In this document: positions 37,146 through 49,800 of the stretch, piece by piece
How the letters are laid out: each line of letters starts with the position of its first letter
How positions within the stretch are numbered: the stretch's first letter is position 1
Assembly (NCBI GenBank): GCA_041753875.1
Contig: CM085480.1
Location: 5,671,958-5,735,957 of the forward strand
Length of the DNA stretch: 64,000 bases
Reading direction: 5' to 3'
Source of the DNA: Acanthopagrus schlegelii
Taxonomy: Eukaryota
Position numbers and translations under genes: made by a program
Notes under the pieces: generated by a model
What the model was told of the DNA's origin: nothing
The model's input: the letters and a program-made list of their open reading frames with translations, nothing else
The model's database searches: none

Positions 37146-38470
37146 ATGTTTGCTGTTATTACAATGTCTAAAACATGTACATTTGTAATTATTGTGGAAA
37201 AGAGTCATCTAATTTCATTTAGAGCTTGTTATATATGTGTTGTGATTCTACAACACTGGGTGAGTGTGGTAGTCAAAATAGCAGGCTTGTTGCAGTGGGC
37301 ACAAACAAGTTGTATTCCCTCCACTACACCAGTGCCTGAGAGTATTTTCTTTATACATGGAAAGTATACATACTACCCTTGTGTTGTGTTCTGGTCAAAT
37401 TTGACAGATTTAAAAGTTTTATCTCTAAAAACTGTTACTTTGATCAGTCTGACCTAAAATTCCATGACTTTGTCCACAAAGAGGACGTCAACAGTCAGTT
37501 CAGTTCTGGGAAAGGTGAAAATGTTCCTGAATGTGAGGTGTGAGTGTAAGTGGGGGTATGCATGTTTTGCTTTTAGCATGATAATTAGAGAGCATAACAA
37601 GCTGTACTGTCATGTCAAGGCAGTATTGTGTGGCTTAATGGCTGGTGATTGGGATGCATATTTCATTTAGCATGATAAGTAGAGAACATAGGCTAAGCCA
37701 CTCACATTTACAGTTAGGGCATTTAGCAGATGCTTTTGTCCAAAGCGATTTACAATGAGCAGACAGTACTGTCTGCCTGGAAAACATTTCTGATGAAGCT
37801 TGCTTTCACACTTCCAGAAGGTCAGAACTACAAAATTTATGCAGACAACTACTTCCCCTGTGTTCCATTATTAGTGAAGCTCCTTGATCGGGGAATTCAT
37901 CACATAGGAACATCCTTTGCTGGACCTGAACCCGTGCAAAAGATTCAAGACTGGGACAAAGCCATCTGAACCCACATTGAAGTTGAGAGGCCATACATTG
38001 TTGGTGCCTACAACAAGTACATGGGAGATGTGGATTTGTTGGACTCATTTACAGCCAAATATAAGTTCCCCATCAAATCCCGTCGCAGTACATCTCCTGG
38101 CACACCATCTTCCTCGCTGTGGTCATGCCTGGCTCCTCGACAAACAGGACTGAAAAGCTCTCAAGATGTCTAGCAAAGACACAATGAACAGGACACAGTT
38201 TCAGGCACGGCTAGCACTTTCTCTCATCCTGGCGAACACAACACTCCAAACTCCAAAGAGAGGACCTCCATCTTCAAAGGGGCCCAGCAACAGTGACATC
38301 AGGAAGCTCTCTGTATGCTCAGAAGAGACCAACCAAGAGATGTGCACACCTCCCATTGGCTGTACGCAAGGACCTAGATAAGCATTTCCCAGTGAAGACA
38401 GACAGGGGACGCTGCCGACACTGCAATAAAAGATACGCCAACATAATGCAGCAAGTGTGGTGTTCGCCTT
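37146..38470 (+). pseudogene. piggyBac-like transposase pseudogene (multiple frameshifts and a nested SINE fragment)
   Basis: ..NYKIYADNYFPCVPLLVKLLDRGIHHIGT.. is close to piggyBac ..ITCDNWFTSIPLAKNLLQEPYKLTIVGT. Next, ..EVERPYIVGAYNKYMGDVDLLDSF..KYKFPIKSRR.. resembles ..xxYNxxMGGVDxxDQxxxxYxxxRKTxRW. The C-terminal RGRCRHCNKRYANIMQQVWCSPF resembles the piggyBac Cys-rich tail. Confidence 0.6.
37700..37765 (-). mobile_element. SINE conserved-block fragment in minus orientation, nested in the piggyBac-like pseudogene
   Basis: The reverse complement of ctcacatttacagttagggcatttagcagatgcttttgtccaaagcgatttacaatgagc is gctcattgtaaatcgctttggacaaaagcatctgctaaatgccctaactgtaaatgtgag. This matches the SINE block seen at 36468-36520. 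Confidence 0.5.
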
Positions 38471-41400
38471 TTTTTTTTATTTTGATTGATGTGGGACTTT
38501 CATTGCCAATGAAAGTCAGTCATGAAAAGAAAAAAAGGTTGCTAGAAAAAGCTAGAGTTTTGTCCTGTTTAATTGTTTTCTTTAATAAACGACTTCATAA
38601 AATTCTGACTATGGTGTGATTATTACACCATTTCTCTAAAAACATACATATTTGTTTCTTTTAACTCTTTAATTTCTGCATCAGAGGCCTCCTACAGCAA
38701 CATCGGAAAGGTACAAAATGTTTTGCGTGGGTTCTGTGTTTGGGTCTTACAGGGTTAAAGCTATGACAAAAAACACCATGTACCCACCATTTTCAGCCAC
38801 ATATCATTGATATGAGCGAAGTCCTTCAGTGATTTAATGCGTACAGGAAAAAAAAACTGCAGAGTAAATGAAACTAAGATGGTGTGGGACAATCAAAAGA
38901 TCTCAAGGGCACTTCTCAATTTCAATGAGGTCACATTTGTGATGGACTAATGTAGCTCAGGATCAGGATCACCTTCACAGTTTATAAGAGCAGCCTTGAG
39001 GGAAAAAGCCAGCCGGAGTCAGCCGCTCTGTGGGCTTCAGGGAGGCCTGTGTGGGCCGCCGGCAGAAAGGGTGCCCTTCATTTCTAGACAGCGTGCCCTT
39101 TTTAAAATACAATCATAGATAGAGAGCGAGTGGCAGCCTTACTTTTGTCTGTCCCCATTGCTACATTCGCTCAGAAACACGGCCTGAAGGCAAAGGTGTT
39201 GTTTCAGCGAAAGCCAAGGTATAGCAATGTGATGATACATCGTAGGAGTACTCAGTGGTGCTGGAATCTAAAAAAAATTTGACAATGCCCAATATATGTG
39301 TGTAATGTATGACTTAGAGCAGGGTAAATGCCTTTCAGCCTAACTATTCTGGTGCATATTTCAGCACCATGGACAGAGAGTTTAGGTCTCATTATCATTA
39401 GTCTTGTGTTTAAACTTCAAGAAGAATAAAGAATCTCCAATTTAACCACGGGAGTTAACAACATAGCAGAAGTACTAAGTGTGCGTTTTGAATTCATTTA
39501 TTACCAGAAAAGGCGCCTACACTTGACACAGTTATAAATAACCTTGTTTCCTCCCTTTCTCACAAGTTGGAGTAAAAGATTTCAGACTTTTTTTGTGCCC
39601 ACACAATAATTGATTGTCTCAGATTTTGGGCAGAAATCTGTTAAAAATCTGTGTTAATGAGCCATGATGATCCATTAACCTGATGTGTGTGGAACATCAA
39701 GGTGCTGACTCAACTTCAGAATGAGCACACAAGCAGGGGCGGACTGGCAATCTGGTAAGCCAGGAAAGATCCTGGTTGGCCGCCGCATTGTTACGCCAGT
39801 CAGACTCTTTCGTTCACATCGGCCTCTTCACCGGCCTTCCCTCCTGCCAATTACATGTGTACAATCAATCAACGGGGTGAAAAGTTCCAAATGTATCAAC
39901 TTTTACAGGAATACGCACCCACTTTCCCTGGTTGTATTTTCACTATCACAGTTGGTTTTGAGTTACAAACTATTTTCTATCCATTTATATTTGGCCTTGA
40001 GCTATGGGAATGTCCAAAATGGCTCTTTCACAAACAAAAAAACGATCTCAAGGCTTAGGCTATCCACCTTTTTTCTTTTAAACGTAGTTGACCAGTGGCC
40101 TTGCTTGCCCCCTTCTGTGTTAAAAATCTAGAGACGTGCATCAACATTGGCAAGATCAGATGAAAATGTCAAAAAGTAAAAGAGGAGCTGAAAAGCTTAG
40201 AGGGAAAAGAAAGCGGGCATTAGAGGCTTAGGCTTCCGAGTACAGCGAAATCCACCCGCTGTTTGGCCATTATGAGCATCAAGTGACAAGCAGTGTGGAA
40301 TTGGAGGAGCACACACAAGCGGAAAAATCAACATTTAATTCATTTTCGGCAATTCCGGTTATGTGTTTGGTTAAAATGTGCTTGAGCTTACACAACAACA
40401 CCACTGAAAGTCAATTTGGTGTTAGCCTACTATTTAATGCATAGTGATGCGTTTCCTCTTCGGTGCCAAAGGAAATGTGTCCTGGAACACTGTTCCAAAT
40501 GTCTAGAATCACATGACAGTATTTGATTAGCAACCAGCAAGTGTTGCAATGCTGAAGCCTGTATGCTATGATATGTCCTTTAGAGTCTGTAAGTCTATGT
40601 ATTTAATCTGGCTGAGCATTGAAAAATCAAAATCATGCAATGGTCTCATTGAAAAATTGTGCAGGATTGACTGAATGGCCCTGTCTACACTCATGTTTTA
40701 CACTCACTTCATGTAAACATAACATAAACAAAAATACAGTAATGATGATAAATTGTGGTTCTACATTAAATGATATATGTCATAGATCTATATTGACTGC
40801 CTCTTTAGTCTGATCATGACAGGATGGCATTAATGTATTTATTTTAGGACATCTTTAGGATTAATGGGATCTTTTCAGGACAAAGGGGGTCGTTCCAGGC
40901 CTCTGCTATTGTGCATGCTCACTGTCTGGCGTGACTAAGTGGGACAATTAATAGAAGTAAATGGAGCCATTGTTAATGTTATGTGTTGCATCTGTGCTTC
41001 TCCTGCTTTGACAAGTCAAAATGGGTGCCGTGACACATTTGGGAGAACAATTAAATATGCAGTTGGGTGAATGTGTGCAAGACGGCGAGTATCAATATTT
41101 TGCTACTGACATACATATACTCTTCTAGAACCTAAGCTTGTGTTAATTTAATTCATCCAGGCAGCTTTATGTTCTTTATGTTTGCACTTGCAAATTACAG
41201 CTCCATGCTGTGATTGTGAAAATGTCAGTTAAATTGCCCTTTGCTGTGTAGATTCATAAAACAAGTAAATGCAACAAATGTGTTGGTCTTGGATTCTGAA
41301 TAATGCGTTTCAGTACATTAACAGTGTCAGCACATTGACCATTCATCATCTTGATTGTGTCTTTTGGTTTGTTTGAACTATTTAGTATTTTGCCTGAGAC

Positions 41401-43989
41401 TGAATAGGTTTGTAAATATGTACATACTCGATATACTTAATGAAAACCGTTTATGACTTGTTTAAGACAGTTTATGATTGCGATTATGATTTTCCACAAA
41501 GCTCCACAGCTGAATAAGTTACGGTAATTACATTGCTCCACGTTCCATAAAATGACGGCACATATATAATGACTAATTTGTCAATCTGGCAGGTTTTCCA
41601 ATGACAGAAGATCTCAGGCAGGCAGAAAGATTTTGGGACATTTTTCAGGGACAAAGCATTCTGGTGTTGAAATGTTCTCTCTAATTAAATCGCACACTGA
41701 TTTATGTTGTACAGTATGTTGTCACACACAGGTCTGTACTGACATTGGAAAGGAGGGAGATGTGTGGTCTGAGGTGGGCCTGTATGAGGCATTTATCTCT
41801 CGTCAGTGCAGTAGATGACTGCCAGTTCTCCCCCATCAAAACTAATAGTAGAGCATTGTACTAATAAACGGAATGAGAAGACGACATATTTTAACCACCT
41901 GCAAGAAGACACACCTAAAAATGTATATATCTGTTTTAGTGTGAGCGACATTTAGATTTTTTGGTGCTTAACATTGTTATCAGACAGCCCCTGAAAGTTC
42001 GACCCTAACGGCTGATCTGTGGCTGATGCAGACAGGCAACGTAAAGCACTGAAAAATGTTCAAAATATAGCGTACATTTAAACGGATACAGATTTTTTAG
42101 GTGGCTAGAATACATCTTCCTGTCAGTTCAGCAGTACATTGCTCTGCTTCCCTGTCGGTGCTACGAGCTGACGGTCATCTACTGCAGGTAACACACTGAC
42201 TGGAGATAAATACCTCATAAAACCCCACACCAGAAGACCAGAATTATCACTTTAAACTAACAGAGGCATGTGCATCAGTAACATCAGCGGTGTAGGTGAG
42301 TGCAGGAGTACAGAAGCATGAGCCTGTACTGCTGGTGCAGCAACACAAGCCAAACACCAACCAAAACCAAACGGATGTCTCAATTAGGAGAAAAACCAGC
42401 AGATGCTCTCCAGGAGGGTTTCTGAACAGGGACCGGTGAACCAGTGCTGCTGATGAGCCCAGATGTTGCCATTTTTCAGATGACCCAGTGCTATGCCCAC
42501 CTCCAGTACCTGGAAGGACAGAACCTCATTTGTTTGGGATGTGTTTTTCTCCCAAACATGTTAATTTATCTTGTCCATAGAAATATGTTATTATTTTCAA
42601 TTTCAACTTATAACTGTTGGACACAACATGGACATTTGGACCGGAATGAGGCTTGTTCTGACTTGATCCCAGGTTGCTCCGACGTCAGGCACACTTGGGC
42701 AACTACAATCTCACAAGACCAAGGCGGATGTAGTTTTTAGAACCAGTTGGCACAGTTGATCACAGACTGGGGATGGATGGGAGGCTCCTGGCTCCTGTCT
42801 GATCTAACAGCTCATTGGTTTAGATGTTGATTCAACAATAATATGATATCTTGAAACTGTGCTGTAAGGACTGACATATTTCTGATTTTGATGTATTAAT
42901 CTGTTAACAAAAAAAACATGTGGCTGATGTTTACTGTACCAAGGGCATACAATATATTTGTGGTCTATTGTATATTTACAATGGAATTTTTGAAGTATTT
43001 ACAAAAACGTCAGTGGGATGTGAAGAGACCTAAAATAAAATCTGACTCATAAATACTGAAACCTACTCTCTGATATTGTGCTGAATTTATGAAAATGGAG
43101 GTATAACCATGAACAGATATCGGATATCACATATTGCCCATGTAACATTTTAACAGGCTGCTGTGTCATAATTACCAACAACTGGAAACTGCCTTGCAAA
43201 CTGATAACATTTTAATAACATATCAAAATGAGATCTAACAGGATGTGAGTGTTTCGGTGACCTCCTGTATAGACCGAATGCTGCTTGAAAATTGAATGAC
43301 TGGACAGAAGCATTTAGCTTATAGCCCACAGCTGGGCCAGTCCATCCCACATGAGCTTATTGGCTTTCAAACATGTTGTAATGTCACAAATCAGATGACT
43401 CTTAAAATCATATTTTCAATGAGCACAGAAAATAAAAGTACAATTTCACAAATAAATGGGAACACATGTCAAACTCTGCACATATATAGTTTTTATACTT
43501 CTTTTCAACAAACCTTCGAGTATTACATCCAAACAGTACAACAAAATATGTTTAAAGTCTCCTCAAGCATGCTGGTTATATTGTAGGTATTGATCCCAGT
43601 GTGAGGGTGATCAGCACATTAGGCAGGCCAATGAGTGGATGAGCCCTGGACAAAATGAAGCAGAGGAGCTGTTAGGAGGAGACAGAGGGAAATACATTAG
43701 TAGAATATTACAATGATACATCATTCTAGCTTGGTCTGAAAGTGTATTTTTCAAAACAGATGAGACCTTGGTAAAGCTTCGGCATGAGTCACATCTACTG
43801 CACGGACTTTCCCGACAGAATTAGAACTTACAAATTGGCACATGAATAATGTTAATTGAATAAATCTAAAACATTACACTGTCAGTCTCTGTGCCAAAAA
43901 CTCAGATTTAAAAAGATGGATAAAACAAAAACTTGCTTTGTTCATATTGAATGGACTGGGGAGCTTTATACGGCACCCCGAGACACGAA

Positions 43990-44250
43990 AAGAGCAATAT
44001 TATTAACTTGATCCAGTAATTCTGAACCAAGGTCAGTACAGTCAGGAAACATGTTGTTCCCACCTCTACTGACATCAACCGGTGGGTTTCATGACGAGAA
44101 GCTATCTGGCTGATGGGGCCTGTTGTGCCTGAGGTCAGATTGACAGCTACTGTGACACAGTCCGACCTCCTCAGCAGGTCATCCAGGGTCTCGCAGTAAC
44201 TCGCTCCAACTGCCTGCATATCATCTATACTTCTGACTAGAAGAGTGAAC
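43990..44250 (-). pseudogene. Fragment resembling a D-isomer-specific 2-hydroxyacid dehydrogenase (GRHPR-like), probably a pseudogene with a frameshift
   Basis: Minus ORF 43908-44294 has ..DMQAVGASYCETLDDLLRRSDCVTVAVNLTSGTTGPISQIA... Remembered GRHPR reads ..[37 protein letters not shown]... In another frame ..NPPVDVSRGGNN.. resembles ..AVFINISRGDVVN... The similarity is short and comes from memory alone. Confidence 0.3.
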
Positions 44251-45309
44251 AGATGAACTTCTTTTTTTCCCTTTTTTTTTAGACTCCCACTCAAATTGTC
44301 AACAACAGTTATAAAGCGAGCGCATGCAGTTTTTCAAGGAATGGTAGCAACAACAATGAAAAGGCTACGGTTGGCACAATTTATCCTCTAAGAAAAGTAT
44401 TACCTTCATAACAGCTGGCAACCTTCAATGGCTACACACCTCATACACATTGTCAATTTAAATGCTGGCATAGACACTTTGACGCCACCCACAGGTTTCT
44501 AAAAGGGACCAAATAAAGCTGGTAAAGACAGTTGGCACCGTCCGTGGCCATCTTGACAGGTCCTGACTCCACCTAAGTCACCACACATCAAAGATGGGCA
44601 ACAAGGTGGAGCGTGGACGCTGAAGCTAGTGAACCAAGCCTACCAAGCTGGGAGCTACCAAGCTAGCAAAGGCTAACAAGCCATCACTCTAAGATCCCAC
44701 AGGATGCATGCCCATTGCATTCCGGCTCCGGTACAGTTTTGCTCCATCATCCATCAACCCCCACCTGCTGCTTTTTGAGTCTGGCACGGCACAGCATTGC
44801 CAGGCAGCTGGAGTTGCGAGACCGAGGAGTTCCTGCAATAATTACATAAATCACGCGGGACCGCAGTTGTAGGCACGTGCTAACAGGACAACGCAAAGTG
44901 TTCCCAACCAAAGGATTAGCAGTGCTTGTATTTGTCTTTTGTTTTAGATTTTCGTGCTGCCGTCAACACAGAGTTGTAGCCTTTTCCGTGCCACCGCACC
45001 ACTCTGTGCTGAATTGCTGCGTTGGCGGAGCCGTGACAGAGCGGAGCCAGACCGAACACGTATCCGGTGGAATCTAGCCAGCAGTGTTCACGCATAAAGA
45101 CGAGTTCAGTATCGTCTCTGATCAAAGTGGCAGCCATCGTATTCTGTTTCTTTGTGCTGTCCTGCAATGACTTTTCTTTTCCCACAACTCTGTTCTCTCC
45201 TCTGTTCAGTTCGTTTACTCCTCCTGAAGCTCTGGGCTCTGCTCGAGGCTGTCCCCTCCAGAGCTCGCCAGCTTAGCAGCTGTCTGCCGGTCACCAGGGT
45301 CACATATTA

Positions 45310-45914
45310 ATCCAAAACAGTGGCGAATATCAAGGTTTAAAGGGAAAACAAAAAGGTGAACCCAAACGCAGACTCAGGGGAGGCAGGATCGAGGGAACAA
45401 AAGGTGAGCTGTATTTGACAATAGCTGAGAAAAACAAAAACCAAGAGAACAGATGAGAATACCAAAAAAATTCTGAACTAAAACAGAGTACAACCAAAAA
45501 GCAAAGTTGAAATCAAAAATGCAAAATAAGAAAATCAAAATCCAAAACAGAGACTGGAGACGCATGAGACCCAAGGAACTCGAGGGGGACATCACTCAAA
45601 CACCAGCAACAAACTGACAGAGACTACGTGGGAAACCAAAGCTTAAATACACAGACACACTGATGAGGGAACGAGGAACAGGTGGGGAGAGAGGAGGGAG
45701 GAGGACACATGAGATAATGAGGGAAAGACACAGAGGAGAGAGCATGAAGGAAACAATACTGACAGACAGACAGAGACAAACATGCAAGGATGAAAATGAA
45801 AAGACAGAGGGGAGAACATAGAGGAAAGAACACTGAAGAGACACAAAAAGGGGACAAAAATAAAACATAAGACACAAGATGCAACACAAAGACATAGAAT
45901 CATGAACCATGACA
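45310..45914 (-). repeat. Solo LTR of the 9148-family, inverted orientation
   Basis: It ends ..catgaaccatgaca, the reverse complement of the family 5' terminus TGTCATG... The block aaatacacagacacactgatgagggaacgaggaacaggtggggagagaggagggaggaggacacatgagataatgaggg matches reverse-complemented 9148-LTR sequence around 9300-9420. The start region ggtttaaagggaaaacaaaaaggtgaacccaaacgcag matches the reverse-complemented LTR 3' end. Confidence 0.65.
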
Positions 45915-46795
45915 GCGTCTGTCTAAACCTAAACCTAACCAAAAAGTTTTGGTGCCTTCACTTAACCAAAGCTCAGTGTTTTCCCAACGTTAATAATGCT
46001 CCAGAAGTCACATTATATTGGATAGGAATTATTGCTAACTTGACAATGGAATCATTCATTTGCCAAACTGATGCTAGAGAGGCAGGAAGAGGCCACAGAC
46101 AGACAAAAAATATCTGTTAGTCATAATGAGTTCTTTTTAATTATTATTATTATTTACTTTTATCCTCTGAGATAATTATAGATGTAGAATTGAGTATTTT
46201 AGGCACATGTCCAAATCAATATCCAGTGAGTAATAAATTGTTCCCAGCTAATTTGATACACAAACAGTTAACACATATCGTTCTCTACTTGTACCGCCTC
46301 CCTAAACCAATATCACATGTGATAGGCTGGCTCATGAATGTGGGCTGGCTGTAGCCGCTAGCTACATCTTGGTTGAATTTATTTGCCTCAAAGCCATTCA
46401 GTTCTCCGTGGGAAAATAACATCATCACAGTAGCATACATTTGTGATTTTTGTGATTTTTGTCAGCGTCTTGAGTTTGGGGGGTTTGTCTTGCATGGCTT
46501 TTAAAATATGAAAGCTAGAAAAGTCTTACTCCGAACTCTGCCTCCATCAGGTGCCCTCTCCCTGAGATTATGAATGAAAGGTTTAGGGTTATATTAACAA
46601 GGCAGGGATGGGTTTTCATCTTAATTTAATTAAACAAGTCTTGGCTTTCATAATATTCAACTCTTGTCACCATATTCAGATGATTAATAAAACGTTGAAG
46701 GTTTTAAATGCATGATCACGGCAGAGAATGGAGTGACTGATTCGCCATGGATGAATGACATAAATGTAACACAGCAGGATCATTACAATAAGCTG

Positions 46796-46796
<1 letters not shown>

Positions 46797-46839
<43 letters not shown>

Positions 46840-46840
46840 A
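46797..46840. repeat. (CA)n microsatellite, about 21 units
   Basis: Direct read. Confidence 0.95.
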
Positions 46841-49800
46841 ACTTTCTTCCATGAGATGATCTTCCAAAGCTGATCCAAGACAGAAGTGCAGCCAGTGAAG
46901 CTATAGCAACCAGCCACCCTCCCTCAACGGGATTACTCATTTGTTCTGAGCTTGGTTAATTTAGGCTTGTGACAGTGGTTATGTAACTTGTGTAATTGCT
47001 CTCCTCTCTCTCTTTCTGCCCTTCTGGTTTCAGTAGACACCTAGAAAACCTCCCGGCAGGGCGCACTTTGCAAACGCTTCACATTTCAATATCTGTGGTG
47101 TATTAAAACCAAACCTACTTCCCTGCATATAAATATGATGAGTCAGGATCTCCGGATTCATCAGGTCAGCGGCTTCACTCCAAACTGTCTTTACTGTATG
47201 AATCTGGACAGTGTGTGACCTTCTGATGTGTAGAAGAACACAGAAGATTAATTAACTTGAAAAACTAACCAATCCTGTCGACGAGTCAGGAGTTTTAAAC
47301 AATCAATGGAGTGTATCAGCTGTTCCTCGAACATAAATGCGCATGTTAATGTAGAGATACCAATTTGTTTTCTACTGCTGGAGGATCGCTGCAGGTAATT
47401 TTATTAATATTTTTCTCACTAAGGACATATTTCACCCCTCTCATCCCAACCGTTATTGATCAGGATGATACTCTTTATGACCCATCCCACCTGATCCACG
47501 GACTAAGAATCCTGCACATACAGAGGTTAGAGCAGCAGCACTCCTCCTCCTCAGTTTAACATCTGTTATTTTTTATATGCAGTCAAAAAGAGTTGTTGAA
47601 AAGGACAAGATCATTTCAAAATGCTGGGGAAGAGTGTCCAGCAGCCGGGAATCACTTTCCCATCCCTTAGAGAAGAGAAGTGTCACTGTTAATATTAATG
47701 CTTCAGGTCCAGGCACACCTGGCTGTTAAAGGGAATGGGAGATGACACTCTGATTGGTTTAATTTATGTTCGGCCCAAAGCACACCCACGACCAAAATCA
47801 GAAATACAACCCTCTTGAAGCATGCGCCTTACTTATCCACTTTTTATCTACCAAAAGGGAACTGGACACACCCTAAAGGCACACATATCAGGCGCCACAG
47901 ATATATTATCTGCTCATTTATCTCATCAGTTACAAAGGAAGCCACTTTCTTTTCTGCGTTTGGCCATAAAGAAAATAACAACATAAGTAATTGTAAATAA
48001 CTGCAATTGTCTAAGTGAAGTAAAGTTTACTTTAAACTGACTTGACTAACACATGTAGAACAAGTTGGAAAAGATAGCAGTCTGGGACAGGAGTGTGTCA
48101 GTCTGATTGCATTCACAGCCTCACAGCTAAACACTCATGAAATTAAAGAGAAATGTTCCATGCAACCCACAACGCAACCTTACAGGACCAAACAACAGTA
48201 ATGTGGTAGCAGGTAGTGGCTTTATATGAGGAAATTAAAAAGACTGCAGTTATATGTGGAGAGGTGTCTATCATCCTGTCTGTCATCCTGTCTGTCCTAC
48301 AGACTCTTCATCACATTTCTGCCCGAAAAACATTGTCTGTTCCCGGCAGCAGAGCCAAGAGGGTCACGCAGTTGAATGGCGGTGATTATGTGACGTGATT
48401 CGGAGCAAAGAACTTTAACTCGTTATGTCTTTGACTCCTTTGTCTGGCAAAATCGCTGCAACGGTCAGCCCTCCCCACTGAGACTTCAGTGATCCCCCAG
48501 AAAACAGCATCCCTCCCCGAGTGAGAGCCAGAGAGCATCCTGTTTACTGATGGTGATTATGTAATTATGTAATTATATTATGTAAACTGGGATTATGAAT
48601 TGTTATACACATATACATGTTTAGATTAACAGGTGGAAACTGGAGGAAATACGTTAAAAACTAAACACAGATCTCATTGTCATGTTGTGCACCATCACAC
48701 CTCTTTTGGTTCGGCAGGAACACCTTTGAGGCAGCGCCGGTTCAGTGTGAACAAATGTGGCGTAAAGGCGAGTCGGCTCAAGTCGCTCACCTGCAATCCA
48801 TCAACTCCGCATTATATCAACTCTATTTTTCACTCATAACGAGATCCCCCCTTTTTCCCCTAGTCATTGAATTGTATTTCATGTTCTATGTTTACATACT
48901 AATGTGCGTTCCATCTGTAAAATGATCCAATCTGTCATTTGGCAAACAAAAGATTAATCTAAATGTTTCAGTTACCTCAAAACCTGACTGCATCTTCTGC
49001 AGTCTTCTGTTAACAATATGATGAAAGTGTTATGATTTACTCTCACTCTCAATTTGTCTCACAAAGATGTTTTAACACGCCTTGGTTTGGGGCATTTATG
49101 CATGGACATTGTTCATGTCGATGCCAGAAGCGGACCCATGGCAATATCTGCAGCAGTACACCTGACTGCACAAGGCATGTGCGGGTCACCTTCAACCCTC
49201 AGGTGGCCTATGCCCGGCCCTCCATTGGCTAGTACCTTCAATGAGGGAATGAGCAGGGAATGATCAGCTGCAGGGTAGCGGCCTCACACGAACATGGCCT
49301 GGATTTTAGGGCCCTAGCAGCTGGGGATTTTGTAGGAACTCTCTGCTGTAGATGATAAGAAAATGTTGCTTGTGTCACCTTATCAAGAAAACCTGGCTCG
49401 AGCCCCCTCTCTGATATCAAAGCCCATGGTTTGTCTTTTTCCATTACCTGCAGGGATGAAACACAAAGATACACCCATTAGAACTACTCAAACACTCTGA
49501 TGTATGTCAGTGACACGGAGGCGCAGAGATGGAGTACTCAAAATGCATCTAAAAGCTTTGAATGGCTTCTGTGACACAAAAATGTAATGTGGCCCAGTTG
49601 ACATCTTCTACGATATGTTGTTGGATATTGAAAGCTGTGTGTGGATTCCTGTGCTGAATGTGGGAGGAGGGGTGGTTGAAGGCATGCCGAGTCCTACGGC
49701 AAGCACTGCACATCTGATTTAATTATTGCATCATTCAGAGCGGTAATTAGGACCTTTTGTTACACCAGTTACCAAGACGCTTAAGTAATTCAGATCACCT

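Noticed and set aside
39721-40131. 136-aa ORF (MSTQAGADWQSGKPGKILVGRRIV...) and the nearby MSKSKRGAEKLRGKRKRALEA start at about 40170
   Set aside because: No recognisable domain or family. The second resembles the basic N-termini of some transposases, but the evidence is too thin to annotate.
45596-45942. Cluster of overlapping minus-strand ORFs (87-104 aa) rich in Cys/Ser/Leu/Phe
   Set aside because: They are artefacts of the purine-rich inverted solo LTR at 45310-45914, the same family as 9148. The same applies to the ORFs at 23779-24409 and 53340-53758.
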